Of a stretch of 64,000 nucleotides of DNA, positions 9,155-18,094 are shown piece by piece; position 1 is the first letter of the stretch; each line of letters starts with the position of its first letter. The DNA comes from an uncultured Alphaproteobacteria bacterium (GTDB lineage: Bacteria > Pseudomonadota > Alphaproteobacteria > HIMB59 > GCA-002718135). The translations under genes and the position numbers were made by a program. The notes beneath the pieces were generated by a model. The model searched no databases. It saw only the letters and a list, made by a program, of their open reading frames with translations, and was not told the origin of the DNA. Location of the stretch: NCBI GenBank assembly GCA_902577905.1, contig CACHAQ010000001.1, positions 9,861 to 73,860 on the forward strand, in the 5' to 3' direction.

Positions 9155-9598
9155 ATGAAAAAAATTCCCAAGATAAAACTTCAATTAACAAACGATAATG
9201 AGTTTGATTCATCTAATTTAAAGAATAAAACAGTTTTATTCTTTTACCCTAAGGCGTTAACTGGTGGATGCTCAGTAGAAGTTGCAGATTTTCAAAAATA
9301 TTTAACAAAATTTAATAAAATTGGCTTTGATGTAATTGGAGCTTCTAAAGATCCTGTTGATCGGAATAAAAAATTTTCAGATAAGTATAAATTGAAATAC
9401 CCACTTGGTTCGGATGAAGGAAAAAATTGTGATAAACTTGGTATTTGGATAGAAAAATCTATGTATGGTAGGAAATATTTTGGGATAGATAGATCTACAT
9501 TTGTAATCGATAAAAATGGAAAAATTCTAAATTCTTGGAATAAAGTTAAAGTTAAAGGTCATGTTGAAGAAGTTTATAATTTTTGTAAGGATCAGTGA
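9155..9598 (+). CDS. bcp: Peroxiredoxin (BCP/PrxQ)
   Basis: FFYPKALTGGCSVE, EKSMYGRKYFGIDRSTF, VKVKGH. Confidence 0.9.
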   Translation: MKKIPKIKLQLTNDNEFDSSNLKNKTVLFFYPKALTGGCSVEVADFQKYLTKFNKIGFDVIGASKDPVDRNKKFSDKYKLKYPLGSDEGKNCDKLGIWIEKSMYGRKYFGIDRSTFVIDKNGKILNSWNKVKVKGHVEEVYNFCKDQ

Positions 9599-9602
9599 AT
9601 TT

Positions 9603-10496
9603 TTACTTAATCTTACCTATTTCTTTTTCTCTTTTTATTACAAATAAACCACTTAACGTAATAATTATTGCACCAATAATCATATTATAAGTTGGAGTTT
9701 CACCTAGTATTAAATATCCAAAAATCATACCAAATATAATAACACTGTATCTTGCAGAGGCGGTTAATGAGAGTGGTGCATAAAAAACTGTTAATACTGA
9801 AAATAAATATCCGAATAAAACAAATATACTAGAAGCAAGAATATAATTTACATCTTCACCGCTTACTTGATAACCAAAAATAATTGAACCCAACCCTGCA
9901 AACCCAGTAATTAACAATGCTGTCACAAATGTAATTTCAACACTATTTGATTTAGTTGCTAAACTTTTTGTAGCAATATCTCTAATAGTTAAAAAAATAG
10001 CAGCTAAAATTGGTAACACTAAAAGATAATTAAATTGAAAATTTTGTGGATTTACAACTACTAACACACCTAAAAACCCAATAATAACTGCACACCATCT
10101 TCTAATTCCAACTTTCTCTCCCAAAAAAAGAAAAGCAAATATTGTAACAAAGAAAGGATTAGTCATTAAAAGTGTATAAACCTCAGATATTGGAAGTAAT
10201 ATTAATCCAACCAAAAAAAATAATGCCGTTAAAACTTCATACAAACCTCTTATATGAAAACTTTTGATTGATAGTATTTTAATTAAATTCTTTTTTTCGA
10301 AAAAAACTAAATATAAACCTAATAAACTTGATGTAACTAAACCTCTTAAAAAAATTACAGAATATAATGAATTGTCATCACCTATATTTTTTACAACAAG
10401 TTTGACATAACTATCATTTATAGAGAATGATAATTGGCCAGCCATCATAAAAAATACACCTATCGTCCCAACTGAAAATAAAATCTTGCTTTTCAT
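9603..10496 (-). CDS. DMT/EamA family transporter
   Basis: About 10 TM segments, LGEKVGIRRW motif. Confidence 0.85.
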   Translation of the reverse strand: MKSKILFSVGTIGVFFMMAGQLSFSINDSYVKLVVKNIGDDNSLYSVIFLRGLVTSSLLGLYLVFFEKKNLIKILSIKSFHIRGLYEVLTALFFLVGLILLPISEVYTLLMTNPFFVTIFAFLFLGEKVGIRRWCAVIIGFLGVLVVVNPQNFQFNYLLVLPILAAIFLTIRDIATKSLATKSNSVEITFVTALLITGFAGLGSIIFGYQVSGEDVNYILASSIFVLFGYLFSVLTVFYAPLSLTASARYSVIIFGMIFGYLILGETPTYNMIIGAIIITLSGLFVIKREKEIGKIK

Positions 10497-10520
10497 AATA
10501 AAAAAAAATATTTAACTGAT

Positions 10521-11855
10521 ATGTTACAAAGAAATACTTCCAGCCATTTATATGGATTTACTGACTTGAAGTCATTAAATGAAAGAGGCCCTTTAGTTAT
10601 TTCTTATGGAAAAGGAATATATGTTTACGATACTAAAGGTAATAAATATCTAGATGGGAATTCTGGTCTATGGAATCAGTGTGCTGGTTTTGACCATCCT
10701 GGATTAGTTGAAGTTGCAAAAAAACAGTATGAAAAATTTGCTGGTTATCATTCTTTATTTGGAAGATTGTCTGAAGAAACTTTACAGCTATCTGAAAAAA
10801 TTATTGAAGTATCACCTTTTGATCAAGGTCGTGTATTCTTTTGTAATTCAGGATCTGAAGCAAATGACACTATGGTCAAAATGTTATGGATGTTAAATGC
10901 AAGAATTGGAAAGCCAAATAGACGAAAAATTATAACAAGAATTAATGGATATCATGGCGTTACTTTAGGAGCTTCTTCAATGACTGCCAAACCATACAAT
11001 AAAGAGTTTGGTTTACCATCTGAAGAATTTATTCACATTGAATGTCCTCATTATTGGAAATATGGATTAGAGAATGAAACGGAAGAACAATTTTCACTTA
11101 GGATGGCCAAAAATTTAGAAGAAAAAATCATCAAAGAGGATCCAGAAACTATTGCAGGTTTTGTTGCAGAACCTGTTCAAGGTGCAGGAGGTTGTATACC
11201 TCCTTCAAAATCGTATTTTGATTTAGTTCAACCTATATTAAAAAAATTTAATATTCCTTTTATCGCAGATGAAGTAATTTGTGGATTTGGTAGAACGGGA
11301 AATTTATGGGGCTGCGAAACCTACAATATCAAACCGGATATAATTATCTCATCTAAATGTTTAACAGCTGGGTACTTTCCTATGGGTGCAGTTATAGTTA
11401 ATAAAGAATTTTCAGATAAATTTGTTGAAGTATCAGAAGAAGCAGAAGAATTTCCACATGGTTTTACAGCTGGTGGTCATCCTGTTGGATGTGCAATTGC
11501 TTTGAAAGCAATAGATGTAATTATGAATGAGGGTTTATTAGATAATGTAAAATTGATGGAACCCTATTTTTTTGAAAGATTAAATGAATTTAATGATTAT
11601 GAACACATTGGAGAAACTAGAGGTATAGGTCTAATGGCTGCTTTAGAGATGGTAAAAAATAAAGATACAAAAGAACCATTTGAAGGTCATCTTAACATGG
11701 GAGATAAAGTTGCTAATTTATCAATTGATAATGGATTAATTTGCAGACCTTTAGGTCCAGCAATTGTTTTGTGTCCTCAATTCATAATTACTAAAAATCA
11801 AATTGATGAAATATTTGATTCTCTTCATAAAACTATACAGCAAATTTTTAATTAA
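10521..11855 (+). CDS. Class III PLP aminotransferase (omega-amine:pyruvate transaminase type)
   Basis: LYGFTD, DGNSGLWN, NSGSEAND, DEVICGFGRTG, SSKCLTAG (PLP Lys), FPHGFT. Confidence 0.9.
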   Translation: MLQRNTSSHLYGFTDLKSLNERGPLVISYGKGIYVYDTKGNKYLDGNSGLWNQCAGFDHPGLVEVAKKQYEKFAGYHSLFGRLSEETLQLSEKIIEVSPFDQGRVFFCNSGSEANDTMVKMLWMLNARIGKPNRRKIITRINGYHGVTLGASSMTAKPYNKEFGLPSEEFIHIECPHYWKYGLENETEEQFSLRMAKNLEEKIIKEDPETIAGFVAEPVQGAGGCIPPSKSYFDLVQPILKKFNIPFIADEVICGFGRTGNLWGCETYNIKPDIIISSKCLTAGYFPMGAVIVNKEFSDKFVEVSEEAEEFPHGFTAGGHPVGCAIALKAIDVIMNEGLLDNVKLMEPYFFERLNEFNDYEHIGETRGIGLMAALEMVKNKDTKEPFEGHLNMGDKVANLSIDNGLICRPLGPAIVLCPQFIITKNQIDEIFDSLHKTIQQIFN

Positions 11856-12148
11856 GTTTCGTATTTAACTATAAAACCTGAATACTTAACATTACTAATG
11901 ATACTATTTGGAATAACTCCTTCAACTAGAGCTAGCGATGGCCCATCTTTAGATTTTTCAGTAATAGATAGTATACTTTGCATATCTCCTTGAATTATGG
12001 CCTCTACCTCATCTTTACTTTCTTTATTTTGAATATATCCATTTAATCCCAAAGATATTGCTAAATCACTAAACCAATGCCTAAAGCCCACTCCCTGAAC
12101 TTTTCCTTTAATGATAAGTCGATAAGTTTTTATTTCATTTGTATTCAT
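11852..12148 (-). CDS. acyP: Acylphosphatase
   Basis: GKVQGVGFR and GYIQN motifs; likely start MNTNEIK at 12148. Confidence 0.85.
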   Translation of the reverse strand: MNTNEIKTYRLIIKGKVQGVGFRHWFSDLAISLGLNGYIQNKESKDEVEAIIQGDMQSILSITEKSKDGPSLALVEGVIPNSIISNVKYSGFIVKYET

Positions 12149-12201
12149 TGAAGTATCAATATAAGTACTTTTTTTTATCATACAATCCTTCAATTCATTA
12201 T

Positions 12202-13080
12202 ATGAAAAAAAGTATAATCTATTCTTCAATTCTTTTATTTTTTGCTGGAATTTTTTTTGTAACAAATGATGCAATAATAAACTATCTATCCCAAACAGAT
12301 GTAAAATTTTATCATTTCATCTTTTATGGAATACCCATATTTTTATGTTTCCCTTTATATTTATTAATTAATGGAACTTTAAAAAAAAATATAAAATGTA
12401 CTAATTATCTTCCACCTATTTTCAGAGGTTTTTTAAATATTCCATTGCCTTTTATTGCTTTTATAACTCTCGAACAAATTAAACTTCCAGAATTCACAAC
12501 ATTGAATATGACTGCACCATTAATGGGAACAATATTTGCTATTTTTTTACTAAATGAAAAATTAAATATTTTGACTTATCTTTCTTTATTTATTGGTTTC
12601 TTAGGAGTTTTGTTTGTTATTCAGCCAGGTTTTGAAAGCTTTAATATCTATTATTTAATTGTCCTTATTGGAGTTTTTTTAATTACCGTAACAACATTTA
12701 TAGTAAATAAATATAGTCATGTAACAACAAATATTGGTTATTTTTTGTATGGTGGTTTTTTTGTTCATTTAATTTCAATACCTTTATTTTTAATGAATCC
12801 ATTAAAAGTGACTTTTTTAGATTTTTTATTAATTTTAACTGCTGCATTATTTATTAACTCAGCTATGTTTTTTGCAACAACTGCATTTAAAATTGCACAA
12901 CAACATTATGCATCAGTATTTAGCTTAGTTTACCTTCAGGTATTGTGGTCATCACTAGTTGGAATATTTATATTTAATGAATATATGAATTTATATGCTT
13001 ATATTGGAGCAATATTTATTGTTTTAAGTGGAATTGTTTCATTACCTTCACAAATAAAACAATTAAAAGAAGCTGAATAA
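12202..13080 (+). CDS. DMT/EamA family transporter
   Basis: About 10 TM, LLNEKL, IQPG; likely start MKKSII at 12202. Confidence 0.8.
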   Translation: MKKSIIYSSILLFFAGIFFVTNDAIINYLSQTDVKFYHFIFYGIPIFLCFPLYLLINGTLKKNIKCTNYLPPIFRGFLNIPLPFIAFITLEQIKLPEFTTLNMTAPLMGTIFAIFLLNEKLNILTYLSLFIGFLGVLFVIQPGFESFNIYYLIVLIGVFLITVTTFIVNKYSHVTTNIGYFLYGGFFVHLISIPLFLMNPLKVTFLDFLLILTAALFINSAMFFATTAFKIAQQHYASVFSLVYLQVLWSSLVGIFIFNEYMNLYAYIGAIFIVLSGIVSLPSQIKQLKEAE

Positions 13081-13802
13081 TGATCAAAATTTTATTATTT
13101 TTATTTGTTTGTATTTTTAGTTACAAATCGTTTTCTACTGAAGTTCAAATCGTAAACGAAATTATAGGAAATGGTTTAGAGGTAAAAAATCACTCAAAAG
13201 TATCTGTTCATTACATTGGTAAATTAGAAGATAATACTGTTTTTGATAGTTCCTACGATAGAGGACAATTGTTTGATTTTCAAATAGGCGTAAGACAAGT
13301 AATCTTAGGTTGGGAAACTGGGTTACTTGGAATGAAAGAAGGAGGCAAAAGAACAATTTTTATTCCGTATGAGTTAGCATATGGAGAAAGAGGCGCAGGC
13401 AGTTTAATTCCACCAAAATCAAATCTTATTTTTGAAATTGAAGTCATAAACGTAATTCCTCCAGGATATAAAGAAATAGATGGTTATCAACTTAAATTAG
13501 CAATGACTGGCGATTTTAAAATTATAGATATTAGAACTAATGATGAAATCATTAATTCAAATAAAATACCTGGTGCTATTCAAATAACTGCATTTGACAA
13601 AAATGGAAATTTTTTCCCAAATTTTTTTGATAAATATAAAGAGAATGTAGAAATCGGAGAAAAAGTTATCTTTGTAAGCCAGAACGGAGATATATCATCA
13701 ATTTTAGCTAATGGATTTGTTGAGCAACTAAAGCAGAATAATATATATCATTTAAAAGATGGTGTTTCTGGTCTTGAAAATATAAATTTTGATTTTGAAT
13801 AA
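13080..13802 (+). CDS. Exported FKBP-type peptidyl-prolyl isomerase with C-terminal rhodanese-like domain
   Basis: Signal peptide; VHYIGKL, FDSSYDRG, VILGW, LAYG, IPPKSNLIFEIE; C-terminal IIDIR...YHLKDG. Confidence 0.85.
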   Translation: MIKILLFLFVCIFSYKSFSTEVQIVNEIIGNGLEVKNHSKVSVHYIGKLEDNTVFDSSYDRGQLFDFQIGVRQVILGWETGLLGMKEGGKRTIFIPYELAYGERGAGSLIPPKSNLIFEIEVINVIPPGYKEIDGYQLKLAMTGDFKIIDIRTNDEIINSNKIPGAIQITAFDKNGNFFPNFFDKYKENVEIGEKVIFVSQNGDISSILANGFVEQLKQNNIYHLKDGVSGLENINFDFE

Positions 13803-13803
13803 A

Positions 13804-14607
13804 TTAAAAATCTATTTTCTTATTTTTTTCAGCTGCATAATTAACTACAAATTGCCACGCTGACCTACCTGTTCTATTACCTCTTTGCAAACTCCATTTA
13901 ATTGCTTCTTTTTCTGTATCTTTATTAAATGACATATTAAACTTCTCACAATATTTACTAATGATATTAATAAAATCATTTTGAGAAATATTATGAAAAC
14001 CAATCCATAAACCAAATCGATCACTTAGACTTATTTTTTCTTCAACACTTTCATCTGTATGAATCGCAGAAGATCTTTCATTTTCTATCATATCCCTAGG
14101 CATTAAATGTCTCCTATTTGAGGTAACATATAAAATAATATTTTTAGGTTGATTTTGTATACTTCCATCTAAAGTAGATTTAATTATTTTGTAATCACTA
14201 TCTATTTTTTCAAATGATAAATCATCAATAAAAATTATAAAATTAAAATTTTTTAAATTTGCATATTTTTCGTAAATTATTTCAATATCAAAAATATTGT
14301 TCTTATTTAATTGTATTAATTTTAAGTTTTTATTTTTTTTGTTTACTTCATTAAAAACAGATTTAATTAGAGAACTTTTACCATTACCTCTAGATCCCCA
14401 TAGTAAAGCATTATTTGTAAAATTACCTTCTGAAAAATTTACTGTATTATTTAATATAGTTTTTTTCTGCCTTTCTACTCCAACCAGAAGATCTAAATCC
14501 AAACATCTAAAATTCGATATTATTTTGAGATTTTTTATTTTACCATCCCAAATAAAAGCACTTCCTCTTGAGACAGTAAGATTTGATAAAAAATTGCTTA
14601 AAAACAT
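13804..14607 (-). CDS. DUF815 family AAA+ ATPase
   Basis: WGSRGNGKSS Walker A, FIDDLSF, TSNRRHL, EEKISLSDRFGL; typical alphaproteobacterial position divergent from yajC. Confidence 0.9.
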   Translation of the reverse strand: MFLSNFLSNLTVSRGSAFIWDGKIKNLKIISNFRCLDLDLLVGVERQKKTILNNTVNFSEGNFTNNALLWGSRGNGKSSLIKSVFNEVNKKNKNLKLIQLNKNNIFDIEIIYEKYANLKNFNFIIFIDDLSFEKIDSDYKIIKSTLDGSIQNQPKNIILYVTSNRRHLMPRDMIENERSSAIHTDESVEEKISLSDRFGLWIGFHNISQNDFINIISKYCEKFNMSFNKDTEKEAIKWSLQRGNRTGRSAWQFVVNYAAEKNKKIDF

Positions 14608-14682
14608 AATAAATACTTTATTTGATTTTTCTTATTACACAGTATAATAAATCACTCAAATTAAATCATCATAGGTACTATT

Positions 14683-15024
14683 ATGGAAGCTTTTGGAACA
14701 TTTTTACCACTTATTTTAATATTTGTAGTTTTTTATTTTTTATTAATTAGACCTCAACAAAGAAAAGTTAAACAGCATAAAGAAATGCTTTCTAATTTAA
14801 AAAGAGGGGATAAAATAGTAACTTCAGGTGGAATTATTGGAACTATAAATAAGGTTGCAGATAATAGAGAATTAACTTTAGAAGTTGCAGATAATGTTGA
14901 AATTAAAATTGCATCAGGAATGGTTGCAGATTTATACGCAATGCCAGAAGTTCAAAAAAAAGAACCGACAAAAGAAGAGAATAAAAGTAAATCTGGCTTC
15001 TCTTTATTTTCTAGAAAAAAATAA
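14683..15024 (+). CDS. yajC: Preprotein translocase subunit YajC
   Basis: FYFLLIRPQQ, GDKIVTSGGIIG. Confidence 0.95.
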   Translation: MEAFGTFLPLILIFVVFYFLLIRPQQRKVKQHKEMLSNLKRGDKIVTSGGIIGTINKVADNRELTLEVADNVEIKIASGMVADLYAMPEVQKKEPTKEENKSKSGFSLFSRKK

Positions 15025-15036
15025 TTTTTTTTATTA

Positions 15037-16587
15037 ATGAAAAATTATCCTATCTGGAAATCATTTACCGTAATATCGTTAGTTCTATTAGGAATAATTT
15101 TTGCAATTCCTTCAATTATTTACGATGAAAATTCAGAAAATTGGTTTTTAAAAAATAAGATTAATTTAGGTTTAGACTTACAAGGTGGATCATATTTATT
15201 ATTAGAGGTTCAGCTAGATGTTTTATATAAAGAAGAATTAGATAATTTTGTCGATAGCGCTCGTTTGATTTCAAGAGATAAAACTGCAAAAATTGAAAAA
15301 ATTGATATTCAAGAAAATTCAGTTGTTATTTTTTTTGCTAATAATGAAAAGATAAAAGAAATTAGAGATAGTTTTTTTCAAATGTACAGAGGAGTTACTT
15401 TACAAATTAATAACAATACACTCATTATAAAGTTAAATGATGAATATAGAAAAATTATTCAGGACTCAGCAATTAAGCAATCACTTGAAATTGTTAGAAA
15501 AAGAATTGATGAATCTGGAACTAAAGAACCTCTAATCCAAAGATCTGGTAAAAAGAGAATACTTTTACAATTACCAGGAGTAAAAGATCCAGAAAGAATT
15601 AAAGATTTATTAGGTAAAACAGCCAAACTTACTTTTCACATTGTTGATAATGATAATATTTCTGCTCTTCAAAATAACCTTGCTCCTTTTGGAAAAATTA
15701 TTGTTCCAGACATGTATGATGAAAATACAAAATACTTGTTAGACAAAAGAGCAGTTGTTGGTGGAGAAAATTTAGTAGATGCAAAAGGTTCTTTTGATCA
15801 AACAGAAGGTCATGCAGTATCATTCCGTTTTGATACAGAAGGTGCACAAAAATTTGGTAAAGTCACAACAAATAATATTGGGAAAAATCTTGCAGTTGTA
15901 TTAGATGGTGTAGTGATCACAGCCCCTAGAATTAGTAGTGCTATTACAGGAGGCTCAGGTATTATAACTGGTAATTTTAATGCTCAAGAAGCATCTGATT
16001 TAGCAGTTTTATTAAGAGCTGGTGCTTTACCTGCACCTTTAGAAATAGTTGAAGAAAGATCAGTAGGCGCTGGTTTAGGAGCAGACTCTATAGCTGCAGG
16101 TCAAATAGCTGCTATCATTGGTATGGTCTTAGTTTGTGTATTTATGATACTAATCTATGGAACATTTGGCGCTCTTGCTAACGTTTCGTTAATAGTAAAT
16201 TTATTTATAATTATTTCATTATTAGGCACAATTGGAGCAACATTGACGTTACCTGGTATAGCCGGAATAGTATTAACAATTGGAATGGCAGTAGACGCAA
16301 ATGTTCTAATTTTTGAAAGAATTAAAGAAGAAAGTCTAAAACAAACAAAAGTTTTTCAGATTGTAAAAAATGGCTTCGACAGAGCCATGTCTACTATACT
16401 TGATGCCAATATTACAACTCTTATTGCTGCCGTGTTACTATTTGCATTTGGCTCTGGTCCAATAAGAGGTTTTTCAATTACACTATCTTTAGGTGTGATA
16501 GCATCAATGTTCACAGCTTTAATGCTTACAAATTTTTTAGTATATATGTACTTATCATTTGCAAATAAAAAGGAATTAAAACTGTAA
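15037..16587 (+). CDS. secD: Protein translocase subunit SecD
   Basis: LGLDLQGG, LRAGALPAPL, GMAVDANVLIFERIKEE. Confidence 0.97.
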   Translation: MKNYPIWKSFTVISLVLLGIIFAIPSIIYDENSENWFLKNKINLGLDLQGGSYLLLEVQLDVLYKEELDNFVDSARLISRDKTAKIEKIDIQENSVVIFFANNEKIKEIRDSFFQMYRGVTLQINNNTLIIKLNDEYRKIIQDSAIKQSLEIVRKRIDESGTKEPLIQRSGKKRILLQLPGVKDPERIKDLLGKTAKLTFHIVDNDNISALQNNLAPFGKIIVPDMYDENTKYLLDKRAVVGGENLVDAKGSFDQTEGHAVSFRFDTEGAQKFGKVTTNNIGKNLAVVLDGVVITAPRISSAITGGSGIITGNFNAQEASDLAVLLRAGALPAPLEIVEERSVGAGLGADSIAAGQIAAIIGMVLVCVFMILIYGTFGALANVSLIVNLFIIISLLGTIGATLTLPGIAGIVLTIGMAVDANVLIFERIKEESLKQTKVFQIVKNGFDRAMSTILDANITTLIAAVLLFAFGSGPIRGFSITLSLGVIASMFTALMLTNFLVYMYLSFANKKELKL

Positions 16588-17486
16588 TGTTTGGTTTAAA
16601 TAAAATTATTCCTGTTGAGCCTAATATTAATTTTTTAGGTTTAAGAAGAAATTTTTTAATTTTTTCTATTTTAGCAATTCTAATTTCAATTGTTTTATTA
16701 AGTATAAAAGGTTTAAATCTAGGTATTGATTTTAAAGGGGGTACTTTAATAGAGGTTAGTACAAAAAATACTTCAATTGGAGAATTAAGAGAAATTTTAT
16801 CGACTTCTTATAGTGATGTATCTTTACAAGAATTTGGTAATGAAAATATTATTTTGATTAGACTTCAAAATAAAAGTAATCAAGAAAGTATTGAAACTAT
16901 TAATTCTGTTAAAAATTTAATTCAAGATAAAGTTGTTGAATTTAGGAGATCTGAATTCGTAGGACCCACAATTAGTTCTGAGCTATTGTTTCGAGGTTTT
17001 CAAGCAGTCTCTTTTGCATTAATTGCTATTTTAATTTACATTTGGTTGCGTTTTGAATGGCAATTTGGTTTTGGGGCAGTTGTAGCATTAACTCATGATG
17101 TATTATTTACTCTTGGATTGCTCTCTATTTTAAATATAGAATTTTCTCTAGCAACAATAGCTGCAATTCTAACAATTGCTGGTTATTCCATTAATGATAC
17201 AGTTGTAATATTTGATAGAGTACGTGAAAATTTGAGAAAATATAAAAAGTTAGAGTTAGTAGATCTATTTAATTTATCAGTTAATAATACTTTATCCAGA
17301 ACTATAATGACAAGTTTAACTACACTTCTTGCTTTAGTATCTTTATTTATTTTTGGAGGAGAGGTTATTAGACCCTTCGCTTTAACAATGATTATAGGTG
17401 TAATAATTGGAACATATTCATCTGTTTTTATTGCGGTCCCAACTTTATTAATCTTTAAGTTTAGACCGCAAGATGAAGATGATTAA
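16587..17486 (+). CDS. secF: Protein translocase subunit SecF
   Basis: LGIDFKGG, GYSINDTVVIFDRVRE, GTYSS. Confidence 0.97.
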   Translation: MFGLNKIIPVEPNINFLGLRRNFLIFSILAILISIVLLSIKGLNLGIDFKGGTLIEVSTKNTSIGELREILSTSYSDVSLQEFGNENIILIRLQNKSNQESIETINSVKNLIQDKVVEFRRSEFVGPTISSELLFRGFQAVSFALIAILIYIWLRFEWQFGFGAVVALTHDVLFTLGLLSILNIEFSLATIAAILTIAGYSINDTVVIFDRVRENLRKYKKLELVDLFNLSVNNTLSRTIMTSLTTLLALVSLFIFGGEVIRPFALTMIIGVIIGTYSSVFIAVPTLLIFKFRPQDEDD

Positions 17487-18079
17487 TCGTTATTTAAGTT
17501 TTCTGTAACTTTTTCCCAATTAACTAAATTATCAATAAAAGCTTTTAAATAATCAGGTCTTCTGTTTCTATAATCAACATAGTATGAGTGTTCCCATACA
17601 TCACATCCAAGTAGAGGAGTATGACCATGTACGATTGGGTTTTCTCCATTTGGTGTTTTAGTAATTTCTAATTTTCCATTATTTAGAACTAACCAACACC
17701 AACCTGATCCAAATTGACCAATACCTGCATTTATAAAATCTTCTTTCATCTTTTCAACTGAACCAATGTCTGAATTTATTTTATTTTCGAGCTCAGAGGG
17801 AATTTTACCATTTGGATTATTTTTCATTACTTCCCAAAAATGAACATGATTTATATGTTGTGCCACATTGTTGAATACTGGAGCATTTTTTTGATAAGAG
17901 TTGATTACAATATCATTAACATTGTCATCTTCTATATTTTGTTCTTTAATAAACTTATTTCCATTAGTAATGTAAGCCATATGATGCTTATCATGATGCA
18001 ACTCTAAAGTTTCAGCCGACATATACGGCATTAGAGCATCTTTACTGTAGGGTAGATCTGGTAACTCTAGATTTATCAT
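17483..18079 (-). CDS. sodB: Fe(/Mn) superoxide dismutase
   Basis: HHDKHH, NNVAQHINH, FGSGW, DVWEHSYY. Confidence 0.92.
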   Translation of the reverse strand: MINLELPDLPYSKDALMPYMSAETLELHHDKHHMAYITNGNKFIKEQNIEDDNVNDIVINSYQKNAPVFNNVAQHINHVHFWEVMKNNPNGKIPSELENKINSDIGSVEKMKEDFINAGIGQFGSGWCWLVLNNGKLEITKTPNGENPIVHGHTPLLGCDVWEHSYYVDYRNRRPDYLKAFIDNLVNWEKVTENLNND

Positions 18080-18094
18080 TTTATTTCCTTTGAT

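Noticed and set aside
11852-12274. Apparent 136-bp head-to-head overlap of acylphosphatase and DMT
   Set aside because: Caused by over-extended starts; ATGs at 12148 and 12202 remove it
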